Source of the DNA: Tubulanus polymorphus
Lineage: Eukaryota; Animalia; Nemertea
Direction: 5' to 3'
Assembly: GCF_964204645.1 (NCBI RefSeq)
Contig: NC_134029.1
Location: 5,704,001-5,768,000 of the forward strand
DNA: 64,000 nucleotides
The first letter of the stretch is position 1. Every line of letters starts with the position of its first letter. Position numbers and translations under genes: made by a program. The notes beneath the pieces are model-generated. The model had not been told where the DNA came from and did no database searches. It saw only the letters and a program-made list of their open reading frames with translations. Shown piece by piece: positions 14,833 to 28,601 of this stretch.

Positions 14833-14940
14833 CTTATTCAGCCGAAGAGAGACGATCGGAAACTCGACAATCCTGTAAAACCTTCTCCTCTTGAAATGCG
14901 ATGAAAACATCTTAACCACTCCTGATCTGTATCTATCCAT
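14833..14940 (-). CDS. Candidate alternative first exon V5 (MDRYRSGVVKMFSSHFKRRRFYRIVEFPIVSLRLNK)
   Basis: tatATGG at 14940 (second ATG at 14910), 36 open codons, AAG|gtgaat phase-0 donor. Confidence 0.45.
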
Positions 14941-17898
14941 ATATACACACCGTTAACGACTTCTTCGTTAATTATTAATCCTGCAACTTTAATTATCAGG
15001 TACCCAGGACTCGAACAATTGTTAATTAAATTAGCCTAGCATCTGTCCTATATATAGCGGCATAGCAGACTCTGAATCATGGAACAATCGAATTGTCAGT
15101 TCTTTCAGGTACTAACTCGTCGAAAGCATTGAATTTCATCGTTCAGTTTTCTGCACAAATTTACTTAGTAAAATACATGACGTAAAAGTTTGTTCTGCTT
15201 TTTATATCATTTTTTTCGCAATAACTTCACATTCCATATAAAAAAATATAAGTGAAAACATCATGGCCCATAAGCCACCTTCTTATTCAAATGCTATCTC
15301 CTGTTCAAAGATGTAGATTTTATCAAAATTTCTGAAGTTCATCCATAATTTCCAACAGTCCCAATACATTTTTCGGTCTAATTCGAGTTTGAATCCAGAA
15401 AATTCTTTGACATATGTCGATAAATTCATACGTTTCTCTAAAACTATCTTTGCAATAATCCTATAAATTTGAAAAAACCATACATGTTGCGCATCATCCA
15501 ATCTGAACACAGACACCTAATTTTCTGGGACGTCCATATTTCTCGTAACCTCTAACCGTCAACCTTGAATCGCGAGTTGACGTGACTTTACGACTTCAAT
15601 CATTGCGAGTTCGAATTTAACATCTTCCGCTGTTGCCAGTAATATAGCATCGATGACGTCGTCCGACCCTCCATCACTCCATCCCTCCATCCATCCATCG
15701 GTCGTAACGAAAAGAAACGACGTGAAATCAACTGATCATAAACAGAATCATTTCCCGAGGGACATTGCGAACAGAAATAATCGACTATAATATAAAAACG
15801 ACTCTATACTCGATCTTTATTATCAATCATTAAACATGGCATCGCATAATTAAATTGAAAAATCAATAATCAATTAACGTATAACCGATTCAATTAAAGC
15901 ACCTGTTACATGAACGTGATGCAAGGCAGCATGCAACGTTATCATTTTTGTGCTGTTCAACAAATGAACGATCTTTTCATATAAAAATATCTTTTCCGAC
16001 TTTATTTCTTCGCTTTTTGCGCATATAATTATTGGCAGAACGTATTCAAACATTTTGAAGTTCTATATGCAAAACTCATACCTTTAACAGCAGTATGGAA
16101 AACACTTTGATTCATATTGGCTTCCCATAAGTAATTTTTGCCACCAATGCAACCAATCCAGGCATAAATACATTTTTGTGATACATACACTTGTAAACCT
16201 ATGGATGTTTCTAAAGTATTTTGGTTGGTTCATCAAACAATGTTTTATGTGGTTACTGCAAAAGAACCAGGGTCTTCAAGTCTTATGTGGCCAATTATGC
16301 TATCAAGTCCTCAAGAAAGAGCAGAATCAACTCATAGTCAGTAATTCTCATAATTTTTCAGAAAAATATCATCACATGGGATACTTATTTTTTATTAAGT
16401 TGATTTGTTAAGAATTGGTAATCTAGATCCAAAGGCCTACTCTCAAACACCATAAGCCGATGTGACCACTAAAATATTGGCATGAACACTTCAATTAACA
16501 CAGTAATGCCATTTGATTAAACGAACATTTGCCCGCAGGGGAAATAACCAGACAAACAAAAAGCCTGTAAAATCATAGGCAATAAAATGGAACAATAAAT
16601 ATACATGCCCTTATAACAGTACCTATCTCGTAACTTCGAAACCAGTTTTTAGCAAACCATGTTACCCCTGTCATTTGTATTAATATCTAATAGGAAGTGG
16701 GTAGTCTTCATTGGAAAAAGAAATACTGAAATTAATTACGATGACAAAAATACAAAGTTTGTGCGGAGCTTGAAAATTTCTCGTCCTTAAGAAGAGTTTT
16801 CTACTCGTAGTAGGCCTTAATTGGTTCGACCGTCATAACTGTTATTGACCTGAAAAGCCTTAAGCTCGGTAGACTGCTCGTAACCATAACAAACCATTGA
16901 ACTCTGGGTAAATCAGCGGACAGAAACTAAAACAGTGACTGAATAACACACGTTCACCGAGCACTGAACAGTTAAATCACTGTCAAACCAAGATGTACGC
17001 CTAATTGCAAATAATACATTAAACTGTTGAAAGGAAGGAATTAAGACCTAAAGATATTAATTCAAGAGGGATATATCACTGGCCTGAGTATGTTAAATAT
17101 ATGGGTATTTTGTGGATATGGATATGCATGATGACAGCTATTCATTCATAACTATACCTAAGAGTCTATAAAATTTATTGCACATACAAATAAATATTTC
17201 ATGGGAAAAACTACTACAGCCAACGCATACGAGAATTGAATGGCCAATATATATTCAAGCTACATACATTCAAATAGAATGGACTAGTCCTAACTAGGTC
17301 TAATGCCTAGAAAAAAGATTTGCCGACAGTTCTGCAATAACTTCCCAAGATGAAGATGTTTTGGCCATCAGGCATGGATTGATTGATTGGTTTCCACCGT
17401 CCTTTCGACCAGATTACATTCTAAATTCTAGATAGTATTATAGCATAGCATAATCTGTTATCCGGGAGAGAGTTGGTAAAAACCATAGGTGACGTTTGTT
17501 CGATCGAAACCTTACTAAATTCATTGACCTGAATTTGAAAGGTTCCTCAATCAGCGTGTATATTAGTCAGTAACCTAGTTTCACGATGGGATATTTTCAC
17601 AAACCACAGGCCATCCGATTAGCTCACCAACGATTAGGTAACTAGGCGTAATAGGCATATATTATACTCCCCACCTAATCGTTGGTGGTAAGCTTTAAGG
17701 CCTATATCGGATGAGCTTGCGAATATGTCTGATCGTGAAACAAAACGACAGACGGGATACTGACTAGGTCTTTAGTATCAGTACCCAGCGCTAAGCGTGC
17801 CCGCAGCTGATCCATTCAACTCATTTGACCGCACTAAAACCTGTATTCACAATAATCTCTTCTACAAAAACATGAAATCATAAAACACCATAACTTAC

Positions 17899-18821
17899 TT
17901 TGCTTTTGAGATTTGTTGCTAGGGTCGTTGAAAGCCGGGCTTGAAACGCTATTTCAGTTGTGGCGATACCATCGATTAAACTGATGGTATTTCTTCTGAC
18001 TCGCTCAACCACGGGCGGCGGCCCAGTCGTCGCGGGCTGGTCTTCATTGATGGTAGCCGGCTGATAAGCAGTCCTTACTCCGGCGTGAGTTACCGGTCGC
18101 TGAGATCCTAGGGCGCTCGAAGGCCGGCGTCCATCGTACGGCGAATTTACGGCGTTGACCTTACCGTATCTAACGCTGGTTTGTAAATTCGCCTGGGCCG
18201 AACTGGGCCGGACTTTCTTCTGGGTCGGTTTCGGCAGCAGAGGCATCCTACCCGCTGCGTGTTTCGGCGCTGGTTCCAACGGGCGCGGTTTGTAATTTAA
18301 CGCGGAAACGTGCACTAAAGCATCCAACAGTTTTCGTTCACTGGTCGTCGTCAGACATTGTTGTTTACGTGAGAACAGCGCCACACTTGACGTGTATAAC
18401 GACGACCACAGTTTCGATTTCCCGAAGAACTCGTTCGCCGTCTGGCGGTATTCACTGGAAACAATCAAATTCAAATCGTCGAAAACTGGCGAAACAAATT
18501 TGTTTTAAAAAACTGAACCATCCCCGATAAAGCAAACTACTTTACTTACTAGTCCTCGTCCTCATCACTATCTCCAAAATGAGCTCTGGATCCTAAATCA
18601 GTTGCAGATTGACTAAAACGGCGACCCAATTGTAGACTACTCGACCATTCGGACGATGTCGCGGATGTGTTTTTAGTTTTTTTGACGTCGTCAAATTCAT
18701 TTTCTTCATCGAAGAAATTTAGAATCGAATTTTTTTCTTTCTTCGTTTTGTCTTCTTTTTCTAAAATCAACATGACGGATTTTACCGACGTGCCAGCTGC
18801 AGCAGCAGTGCTTTTATTCAT
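17899..18821 (-). CDS. Distal two-exon N-terminus V6 of the WD40 gene (18821-18550 + 18454-17899)
   Basis: MNKSTAAAAG...DEDED TA|gtaagt ... ccag|T GAA TAC joins the two ORFs in frame; second exon ends AGC AAA|gtaagt in phase 0. Confidence 0.7.
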
Positions 18822-19731
18822 CACGATTCGTCTTACAGTCGTTGAAGATATTGAAAATTTAAAAATAGCAGACGCTTTTTTCGACCAAAGCGCCACCTGA
18901 AGTGACTAATTCACGGTTTACGGACTAAAGATCGGCCTCAATTCCCTCACTCATTCTCTCCATTTTGAAATTCGCATATATTCTTTTGATTCTTCAAAAA
19001 ATAACACTACCCCGCATCACAATTCTTCACCTCAAAACATCATTTACATCGTAAAATAAACAAAAATAAATTTGAACTTGACATCAATTCAATTCAACAC
19101 ACTGCAAGTCGCAAGGTCGTTGGCCTACAAAACGTTTTCTTATCTTTCACTTGATTTTTCTATACTTTTTTCATCAATTTCTTGCTGATTAAGCAAACAG
19201 ATCTAGAATAATCTTTTTACGAATTTTCCATTTAAATTTCCGTCAAAAGAAGTTGTCAAAGGTGAAATAGGTAAAAAGTTCACCCAGTCCTGACAGTGTG
19301 GCTGTCTCCACACAGTGTCAGTGTATCTACGTTGCTCTACGATCTACTACATCAGACACTAAGGTTCTTGGTGAAGTAAAAAGAAGATATTCAATGCTGA
19401 ATGAACGGGGTGGTGGCCTTAACTCGGCCTACCCGGGGCTAGGCCTACCTAAATTCTTCTTTACCATTACTACTAACGTTTCCTAATTTAATCTTGTTCC
19501 GAAACAACATTCTATGATTTCACGAATGAATAGAAGATATCATTTGCTTCAGCTTTGTTGTCGTGCCTGTGAAGTGTTACTAGATAGAAGGCAGTATACC
19601 GGATCCGGTCACCAACTTCTGAACGCTATTTTGCCGGATATCGTCTCTAATTGGCTGATTTACTCCCGGCATGCGCAGAGAGGTGCGCGACTTAGAACAT
19701 TCGAAGGAAGTGTGGAGGACAGAGTTTGAGA

Positions 19732-19813
19732 AAATAGAGCGGATAGAACGAGACTCGAACCCAGGCCAGTGAATTACTAGCGCAGCGTCTTCCCAATAGA
19801 CCACTGACCTCGC
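19732..19813 (-). mobile_element. tRNA-derived SINE-like head
   Basis: A box TGGTCTATTGG and B box GGTTCGAGTC at tRNA spacing, without a convincing cloverleaf. Confidence 0.45.
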
Positions 19814-19850
19814 TGAAAACCACTGGAATGTTTTAACTACATAAAGCCTC

Positions 19851-19950
19851 ACCTTACCCTAACCCTATCCCTAGTTGTGAAACGGAAACCTCTGGACCCT
19901 CTTCTCGCCCTCTTGACACTAACCCTATCGAAACCCGAATCCTAAACCCA
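19851..19950 (+). repeat. Degenerate (TAACCC)-like repeats
   Basis: accttaccctaaccctatccct...ctaaccctatcgaaacccgaatcctaaaccc. Confidence 0.4.
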
Positions 19951-20180
19951 ATAAATTGATTTTATTGTTACATAATATATGGATCCGGCAAAATAGCCTT
20001 CAGAAGTTGGTGATCGGATCCGGCTAAATAATCACTTCCTTACTAGAAAACAAAATTTTGCCAAATGACTGTTGAAGTCCGAAGACCTTATGGCTTTTGT
20101 GTTGTATTTGTGTTTCAAAAAAATTGAAACCAAGGCCTATATATTTCATTTGTTTCACTCTTGAAAGGATTAAGCTGAAT

Positions 20181-22761
20181 ATGGAGGATGATAATCTAAT
20201 CAATCTAGAAGAGTTCCTTGACAAATGGGTAGCCGAAATTCCGGAAAGCTATTTCGTCAGGAGAATGCAGGATATTGAAGAGGCAGTCCTATGTGAGAAA
20301 ATGCAACAACCACCAGAAGTAATCAAAGAATTGGCTGCAGTTTGCGAGTAGGTTTTGAGTGCAATCAGTCCCTAATCATAATTATCTTTTGTGAAGAAGT
20401 TTTCAGTCTTTACCAGAAGCAATTGAAATATCCAGTGACAAGCAATCTGTTTGAAAAATCTGTTTCAGTCCATCAACACTACAGATAACTGAAGAACCTG
20501 TTACAGAATATGAAGCGTTATGTAATGTCCCTAAAGACACAAATCTTGCAAGTATCAGGTAGGAGATCTGGACATTTAAAGTAAATAGTAGAATTTTTAG
20601 ATGTTTAAGGAAAGGGTAAAATTTAACAAGAAGCAACATTTCAAGAGTATGAATAGGAAGCGAGCCTTTGATTAAATAACCATGCCAAAGGTCTCCCAAT
20701 TTTAGATATATCCGAAAAGATGCCATTTCTGATTTGTATGTAGATTTTGTCAATTTCTGTCTTGAAAACATCAACAGAAAGGCAAATCAAGTCCCCCAAG
20801 TACCCTCTTCGATCCACCCCTGGACAGTCACAACTGTGTATAGGACCTGAAAAACTGTTAAAACATACTTACCACATTTTCATAGGATGTTAAAAAAGAA
20901 AACTGGAAATCATAGGTGTTGGGATTCAATGATTACTGACTTCAGCGAAAAGTTTTACAAGCCAGTACCGGTATGTTATCAGTTGGTTTATCGTCAGCTT
21001 TTATAATTAAATTGATCGTGTTAGGCTATATAAGAATAATTTTTGTAGGACGCTGAGAATGCTGAAAAAACTGATCGTATAGAAACCCAAGCGGTTAATC
21101 TGCTCCTGACAGTTCATATCTATGATCCAGTCGCTGCGTATTCAAAGTCGAAAGTAAGTCAACATTGATAGCCTTGATTCGATAATTTGCACAGTTCAAT
21201 AAGTTTAAACTGTCGAAATTTGAACTTCCAGCCGAAAGTCAACCAGGAAATCCGTGTACTCGGCAGCCAACGTTTGTCCGAATTGAGGGATGTGATTACA
21301 TGCGCCTCTGATTACGTAATAGCTGGTGACTTCAGTCAGTGCCCGAAGCAGGTACCAGATATTAGAGCTAAGGTAAATTGCGTGTAAACTGAAAATTGTG
21401 TGTGAACTTTTATTCAAGAACTTTTCATTTTTGGCCGAATTATTGTGCGATTTCTCTCATGTATTCGTCTTACCCGGATATTGATTATCTTCTCGACCTA
21501 CCTCACTTTCAGGATTTATATAGATCGGGATTTTTCTTCATAGAAAACACATTTTACAATGATATGAGGTCTATGGATAGTCGGGACTATAGCGAGTAAG
21601 TACTCTACCATTTGACGAGTAGTTTTACTGAAATTTTAGCATTTTTCCCGCTTGGATGCCCGACCCCCTGCGATAACACTAACAATGAATTCAGATATCA
21701 TTCCTCGGATTCCATCAAACCTATAAAACAGCAAAGAAGTTTCAACTTTCATTTCAGATGTATCATAAATTGGACAAAATCTCCAGACATAAATGTTGGA
21801 CCATTCACCAAAAAAGATATGGAGGAATCTCTTTTCATCGATTTATCGATAAGGCTAAACCACCCTTATATTTACCAGCACCAAGGAAACTGTGAACATG
21901 TCATTATGTTCACGAATGTTCGGTAAAAAATTATTACATTTTGTTGTTGAAAAAGTATTATGAAAATACAAGTGTATAGTTTTGTCAATATTCTTTAAAC
22001 TTTCTTAATATAGTGTTATTCACGAAGATGATGGTCCGATCGAGAGGTATCCACTTCTCATTCGAAAACGTAGACGAAAAAGAGTCTTGTGTCGTGGTTG
22101 CACTCGGTCCAATGCTAAGTAAGATTTTTTGATGCGCAGTCAAACCTGCTTAGTCAATATAGATTTCTATATGATCCATATATCAGGGTGGCTACTGACC
22201 TGGAAAATTCAGGGAATCAGAAGAATCAGGGAAAACTCAGAGAATTTGACAAATCTTACCACTAACCTTGAAAACTCGGGGAATTTCAGATAATTGACCA
22301 CTTGTTTCTTCATCAGTACGGGATACAGTGCAAAAGGAATGAAATTGTAACATTTTAAACGACAAAATTTCTTTTGAATCACTCAGGGAATTTTGTGTAA
22401 TCACATGGAAACATCAGGGAAAACTTGAGGGATTTGTAAATGAGCGGAAAGAAGCCACCCCGTACATTATCATCAGTCAACTTGATGTAGACTTCGATTT
22501 TCTCTAAATAACTGCATGAATTTCATTGTACCTAAATTATCTATGTCAAATTAATGTGTGTTAACTGTTCGATGTAATTTGAGTAATTGAGCATCAATAT
22601 CTTTTTCTCTTATCAGGTGGACTGTTCGTGGAAGCCCCTTTTCTACCTTTGATCCTAGTCATTTTTGCGACGAATGCTTCATTATGTTACACTACAATAC
22701 AGATGGGGAGAAATTAGGCGATTTCAAAGCTTATGCCTTTGTGAATAACGCCTTACTTTGA
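20181..22761 (+). CDS. SNAPC3: snRNA-activating protein complex subunit 3 (SNAP50), about 361 aa
   Basis: Exons 20181-20347, 20469-20558, 20886-20970, 21049-21153, 21232-21372, 21513-21595, 21758-21922, 22014-22118, 22617-22761 join in frame (1086 nt). Motifs VLGSQRLSELRDVITC, SGFFFIENTFYNDMR, PYIYQHQGNCEH and zinc finger CRGC...HFCDECFIMLHY. The true start could lie in an upstream exon. Confidence 0.93.
22184..22462. mobile_element. MITE with CAGGGTGGC ends and internal aaactcagggaa repeats
   Basis: cagggtggcta...aagccaccccg; related reverse-orientation pieces near 38657-38920 and 54060-54207. Confidence 0.55.
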
Positions 22762-22862
22762 TGGAGTCATGGATGTTAGTTCGTTTGAAGTTTATAGATG
22801 GCAGCATTGTTTCGAGTTGCAGAACTTTGCTTTATATGAAAGTGCAAGGATTACATTTTCCA

Positions 22863-22868
22863 AATAAA
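22863..22868 (+). terminator. Polyadenylation signal of SNAPC3
   Basis: AATAAA about 100 nt after the stop codon. Confidence 0.5.
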
Positions 22869-25800
22869 AGCCACCTGATCCAAATCATTGAGAAACATCG
22901 TAATTCACCTATTAATCAGTATCGACATTAAAGTGTTATCACTTTACATGAGTTAGCTGACATAACAAGAAAATTCGGAAGTACCTGATCCAGATTATCA
23001 GTAAAATGATGCGGATCAAACAGGATTAACAGTTGTATCTGACAGTGCTGTATGTAGATTATGGTTGAATATTAGTTTGTCAATCTTTGTAATGAGGCCC
23101 ATTTACACACGAAAGATTAAGTTAAACTGATTTTGTTTCTCTACTTTGAACTTATCGAAAATAGCAACTTTTCCGAAGATTCCTGGTATGCGTGTTCTTT
23201 CTTATTGCTGAAACTAGGCTCGACGGACATCGGATTTTATTATTACTCCATGTCATCATCTAAACAGCAATATCATGTATAATATTGGACACGCTCGTGT
23301 CAGTTTTCTGTATATGATGAAAATTGCCACAATTTTCGATGTAGCTAAAAATGCAATGATATCAATGATCATTTTCTCCTAGCCAAAATGAGACTGTGCA
23401 AGAGTTATGTGTAAATCGAGGTTGGCAAACTCCAAATATCGCATTTACGTACATGCTGGTCGTTCCTTGTGTTCATTTTATATATACGGTAGGTGTCATA
23501 CGCACGTGTACATATCGTATGATTATCTAGTCGGATTCTAGGGTGTGTCCGATTTGTTGTCTGCTAAAATTGATACTTCTCTCGGCGATGAAGCTGATTG
23601 ATCATGATACATGTGTAATTACTAGATCTTCCTCTGTATGCATGTGGTAGTAACGCACAGGAAAAAGGTTGCAGGGTTTTTCATTTGCCTCGATAATTCG
23701 ATGGCCGCCGCGTATAAAACGTATGCATCGTTAATTACCGTATATTTCCCAGTGATGCACTAGTGAAAAATCCATTTTAAAACGCTTGTAAATTAGTGAC
23801 GTATAATTTATCAATTACGTTAGCCTTTTCAGTGCTCAGTTCACCTCAAAATTTTAGTTTGTGTATGTGTAATTTTCTATTCGGTAGATGATTGTTTTGT
23901 TGCTTTTTTTTCCATTCGCTGAGAAGTGCCTCATTAGTGTAAGTGATCCAGACATGAATAAGAGGTTTTTGCACAGGGTATCGAATTCATTGATTTTCAT
24001 ATCCAATTATGACATTAATGGTATACTTAGCTGTGGGGGTTCATTTTCATGTTCAGACATGTACAAATTACATGTACCTTTATCTCGTATAACCGTATTG
24101 CATGTTTTTTGATTCCAATAAATCATATATTTTATTTTCTATTGATTACACGTTAAATTGTCTTTGGTCTTATTCGTAGTAGCTAACGAAAAGCTGGGAT
24201 TTGTGGATGCAGCATCAAAATGCCACTATTGGGATATGGTAGGAAATGATGGAAACAAATATGTGAATTTGACAGAAAAAAATCCAGTATCGGAAATTCA
24301 ATATGAAATGCATGAAACTGAAAATAACCTGCTAAACAAATATCTATAGGATTAGAATTGTTTCTATGAAGGCGGTAATCAACTGGAACAACACGATACA
24401 AGCACTGATCAGCATCAGCCTTCAAGGTTAACCCTCTGAGCAGCACCTCTCACAGCCCACTCACCCGCACGCCAGAATTGGTTCCAGTCGACGTGCCGAG
24501 CGTTAAGACACGGGATGACTCCAATTTGATGGCCAAAATTCCACATGTGTGAACAATGCGCGTCGTAGTCTTCGGGACTTGCAATTTATGAATTTGCGAT
24601 GTCCATCTAGTTACTAACCTTCGCCGTTTGCTTTTCAATTGCGCATTTTCTGCTGATGACTTTTAACCCGCATTAAATGTGTATATAATTTTTTTCCTCC
24701 CGGTTGTTTTGCCCATACGGTACATACAAGTCTCAATCGACAACCTGATGTATTACACCTTAGGGCAGGGAGGTAGCATTCATACGCCTGCCCCACCCAT
24801 AGCAACAGGTTTCCTCGGCAAGATTTTTTGTACGCGTATATATTTCAGAACAAAATTATTTTGCACGATTTAATGTTCGTTTTTTTCAAACGCCGGCGGC
24901 CAAAAATCGTGTTCGTGTTACAAAAGAGCGTTTCATATGAGAAGCGCGCTCGTTCATCGCTGTTAAAACTCAGTTTGGCAAGAGGGGCGTTTATCTTAAA
25001 GTTAAAAACAAATATTGGCTCTTACGTGAAATAGATTTTTAGCACGATAGACATTTTTGCACGAAGATGAGTGGATAGAGCTTGGAGTCAATATTCAAGG
25101 CTAGAGCGAGCATACGGACGTAGGCCTATTTCATTCCCATTGAACCTTTTGTTTTAAGAGCAAACCTACCGACTGTGAAACGGTTACGGATGCAAACTTC
25201 ACCAAGCGCGTTACAAATTATCAATAATGAAGTTTGCAAACATTCAGTTCAATGAGTATATAGATTAAATCGGTTTTTGTGTTGACTCGCGTCGATATTT
25301 GAACGAAGTGACTCAACCCCGGTAGCTTTATTGTCTATATGGCGTTTCATTGTTCCCCGGGTGTTTATTGTTAAGCGACGCTGTGAATTATTATCCCGAC
25401 GTATTACCTTCAACTTTGCGCATTGGCAGTACCATGGAAACATCGGTACATCATTAAATATCAGTTTAATTCGACCTGTTGGGAGAACGCTGAGGCTGGT
25501 GGTGCTACTACTGCGACCACGTTGTTGCTGCTATATTAATTTCGATAAAACGTTGACACAATCGGTGACGGTTGTTTGTAAAACCCATAATTTGTTGTTT
25601 GTAGACAGCTAGGTCCAAAAAGGAGGACCAACATAAAAAATGATGGAACATCCATGAAATGTCATTTTCTTTCTTCACTCTTGTTTTAATATGAAGACTG
25701 CGTGCTAAATACGCCATCAATATCAATTTAGTCAACCGCAGTTTTGACATGTTGGAAAAAATTTGATGTCCATGATCGGGTATCTAGGGTTACTATAGTA

Positions 25801-27034
25801 ACTGCAGAGTTAAGGAAAGTCACTGTCACTAGTAGCTGTACGAACCTATTTTACATAATGCGATGATATAACTTTTAAGATTCGGAAATATGATTTTTTT
25901 TGCGATAAAGGCGGAAGTGGATTTTCTTCATGACGAAGTTTTACTAATAACCAAGAAATATTCATGTATACCATAATGTAAAATGTTGATACGGGTAAAG
26001 GCTCGCATACAAAAGAAGCTTTCAGGGTCTGTTGTTAATAGTTTTTCATTATTGTTATGATTTGGCCATTTACTATGATCTTAACCATGACGTCATCTAA
26101 TCTTTCACGCATACAATCCCGAACACCTTGTTGTCATAAAGAAAAACCAACGGATCCACTGTTTTCAATTAAGACGTAGTGTGATTCTAGGAACTGTTGC
26201 AATCCTTCATTATCAACGGGTAGGGCGCGGTCATGGACAAATGTGATTCATCATATAGTCGTATATATGCATGTACAATGTTTCTATCGTAGAAGAATCT
26301 GCAAAAACTCTGATAATGAACAGCTCCATTTCATCCATAATTATTTAACCATTTTAAATTGATGAAAAAGTTATTGGCGGCATTTTTCCAATTGTCATTT
26401 TCACCGGCGCCAATTCCTATATTCGTATACGTATATATAGTGGTTTTGTGTGTGTTTTCAACTTACTGCCATCGGTCGATAAACACAATAAATGACAGAC
26501 CAGGGAGGTGGCAGTGAACTCCCACCTCCCTGGACAGACCCTCGAAACTTGCAAATCCCCTGATTTTCCTTTGTAGTTAGTTGTGTATAATATGGCTCTC
26601 CAACACTGGTAGGCAAACACGCCTAGCACAAGATCTCATATTATTATCAACGGATGTTTTTGGAATACCAGTGTATGGAGTTATTTCGTGGATAACGAAA
26701 TTGCATGTGCCATAACAATTGATAGTATCATAACATGTGTCATAACAATTGATAGTATTTTTCCCATTTTCATATCCCATTTATCCATCGTTTATGAAAT
26801 TGCAACTACGCCCAGTCAGTTTCCCTCGGGGACCTCTGGATCGCCCGCGGAACTGTGACATGGATTCAAGCGCCGAATGTACGATCACGTGATAAACCGA
26901 TAACTAAGTGGGATAATAGATCCTCCTGCTGGAAGTCGAATATTCATTTGGATATATCGCCACTTTTTCAGTTCTCCGAGGTGGACTGTTTTCTCTTATC
27001 CGTCCAAAAAGACACCATCCGCTGTATACACCAG

Positions 27035-27219
27035 CAGGGCTGCCAACCCTGCAAAGTGCTATCAGTAACAAGATGAATCTTTTTTCAGAAGCATGTTCAA
27101 ATTATCAGTAATCAAGTTATGACCCTCAGTTACATCTTTCAGCATCAAACAAATCAAAACAGTTGTTTTGGACAAAAAAATAACAAAATACTGAAAACCA
27201 GGAACAGTCGACAGCTCTG
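27035..27219. mobile_element. MITE with CAGGGCTGCCAAC/GTCGACAGCTCTG ends; second copy at 54720-54959
   Basis: The two copies align over their length (aaagtgctatcag, gttcaaatt.atcagtaatcaa, ctgaaaa.caggaac.gtcgacagctctg). Confidence 0.65.
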
Positions 27220-27497
27220 AACCAGGGAGGAAAGGCTCTTCAATGCTTTGAATACGTAATATCCATACCGAGACGTGTGTGGTGAATAGCTTTGATTGGA
27301 TAAAAGCAAATTCCACCCTGGATAGCGTGGGAAAGGCCAATAGTTCCTACTGTACACCGCGTAGGTAGCAATTCGCCTAGTCCTCATGTAAATCAAGACA
27401 GCGAAACCACATGGATACAATACCTCAGACATAAAGACTCCAAATTCGAATAACATCAACTACAACAACCGAAGATCTACATATTAAACCAAATGTT

Positions 27498-27503
27498 TTT
27501 ATT
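27498..27503 (-). terminator. Probable polyadenylation signal of hnRNP K (3' UTR about 1.1 kb)
   Basis: AATAAA on the minus strand followed by U/GU-rich sequence. Confidence 0.45.
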
Positions 27504-28601
27504 ATTAAACAGATTTGATACAATTTAAATCTAATTCACATAGAAAATACATATATAAGTCGTATCTTTCACTCACTACTGATGACAATGATGATAGCAG
27601 GTGATTTAAAAATGATTCCGAATAAAAAATGCTGCAATAAATGACGACGAACATATATCATGAAAGAAAGGGTTTGGTTTCATTCTCTATCAATTATTGA
27701 TAAATGCAAGCCGAGCTAAAAAGCGATTCGAACCGCCACCAACGCCCTTTAACGAAAAAAGGAAGCCCTTCATGATATAACCGATAACGATGAAAAATCT
27801 GAATGAATTCATCCAAGAAATTTTACTGAACGGACTACTTGCGGGGAGGGTATCGAAATACAAACGTTATCAGCAGAAGGTACTTGAATGTTTCGGTAAT
27901 ATCATATTGACTACTTCTGAGAAATTGCTCTCGCACCCGCTGGTGGTACAATAACAATAGAATACAGAAAAGCTAATGGAATAATGAATGAATGAATGAA
28001 TGGATGACAATATTGTAGTATTTGACAACATTCGAAAAATGAAATAACAATATCCACTACTAAATCTCAAATCAAATATCTGTTCTTTTTTTTCTATCTC
28101 GGCTGTGCCTATCGTGATAATTTCACTTCTGATAAAAGATACGAAGATCTATTTTTAACTCTCATACTTTGATCTAAAACATATGTATATGAATATCTAG
28201 GACTACGGGGTCCGAGGGGCAACTGTACAAAAATACGATGCATCAATATCTGGCGAACATTTGCCACAAAATACATGATAATAGATTTACTGAAAATTCG
28301 AAATAGTCCAAATTACAAGAGCGAATCACAATATTTAACTTCACTTCATTGATATACCAAGTGTTATTACTTATAAAACGATGCAGTTAGATTTTTCTTT
28401 TACCAATTGCGTCAATTAATAAATTGATGAAACGCCATTTCGAAAGAGTTACTAATAAAAAATACCGCAATAAAAACATTATTAATATTATTCGGTTATA
28501 AGCGTAAATATGTACAGCGAAATCATCGATCCAAAATGCGTCAAGGTTCGGTAACTTCACGGTTGGTGTTGTTTTGGTTGGACCGATTCTGTTTTTCGTG
28601 T

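Noticed and set aside
13320-17524. Tiny ATG-donor pairs (MSEC at 13331-13320, MNL at 17524-17516) and ORFs 13593-13778 and 15283-15516
   Set aside because: Too short to distinguish from chance, or ending in stops with no good phase-0 donor.
19732-19813. Possible tRNA genes here and near 3700, 43850 and 44450
   Set aside because: A/B boxes present but no consistent acceptor and anticodon stems; treated as SINE-like.
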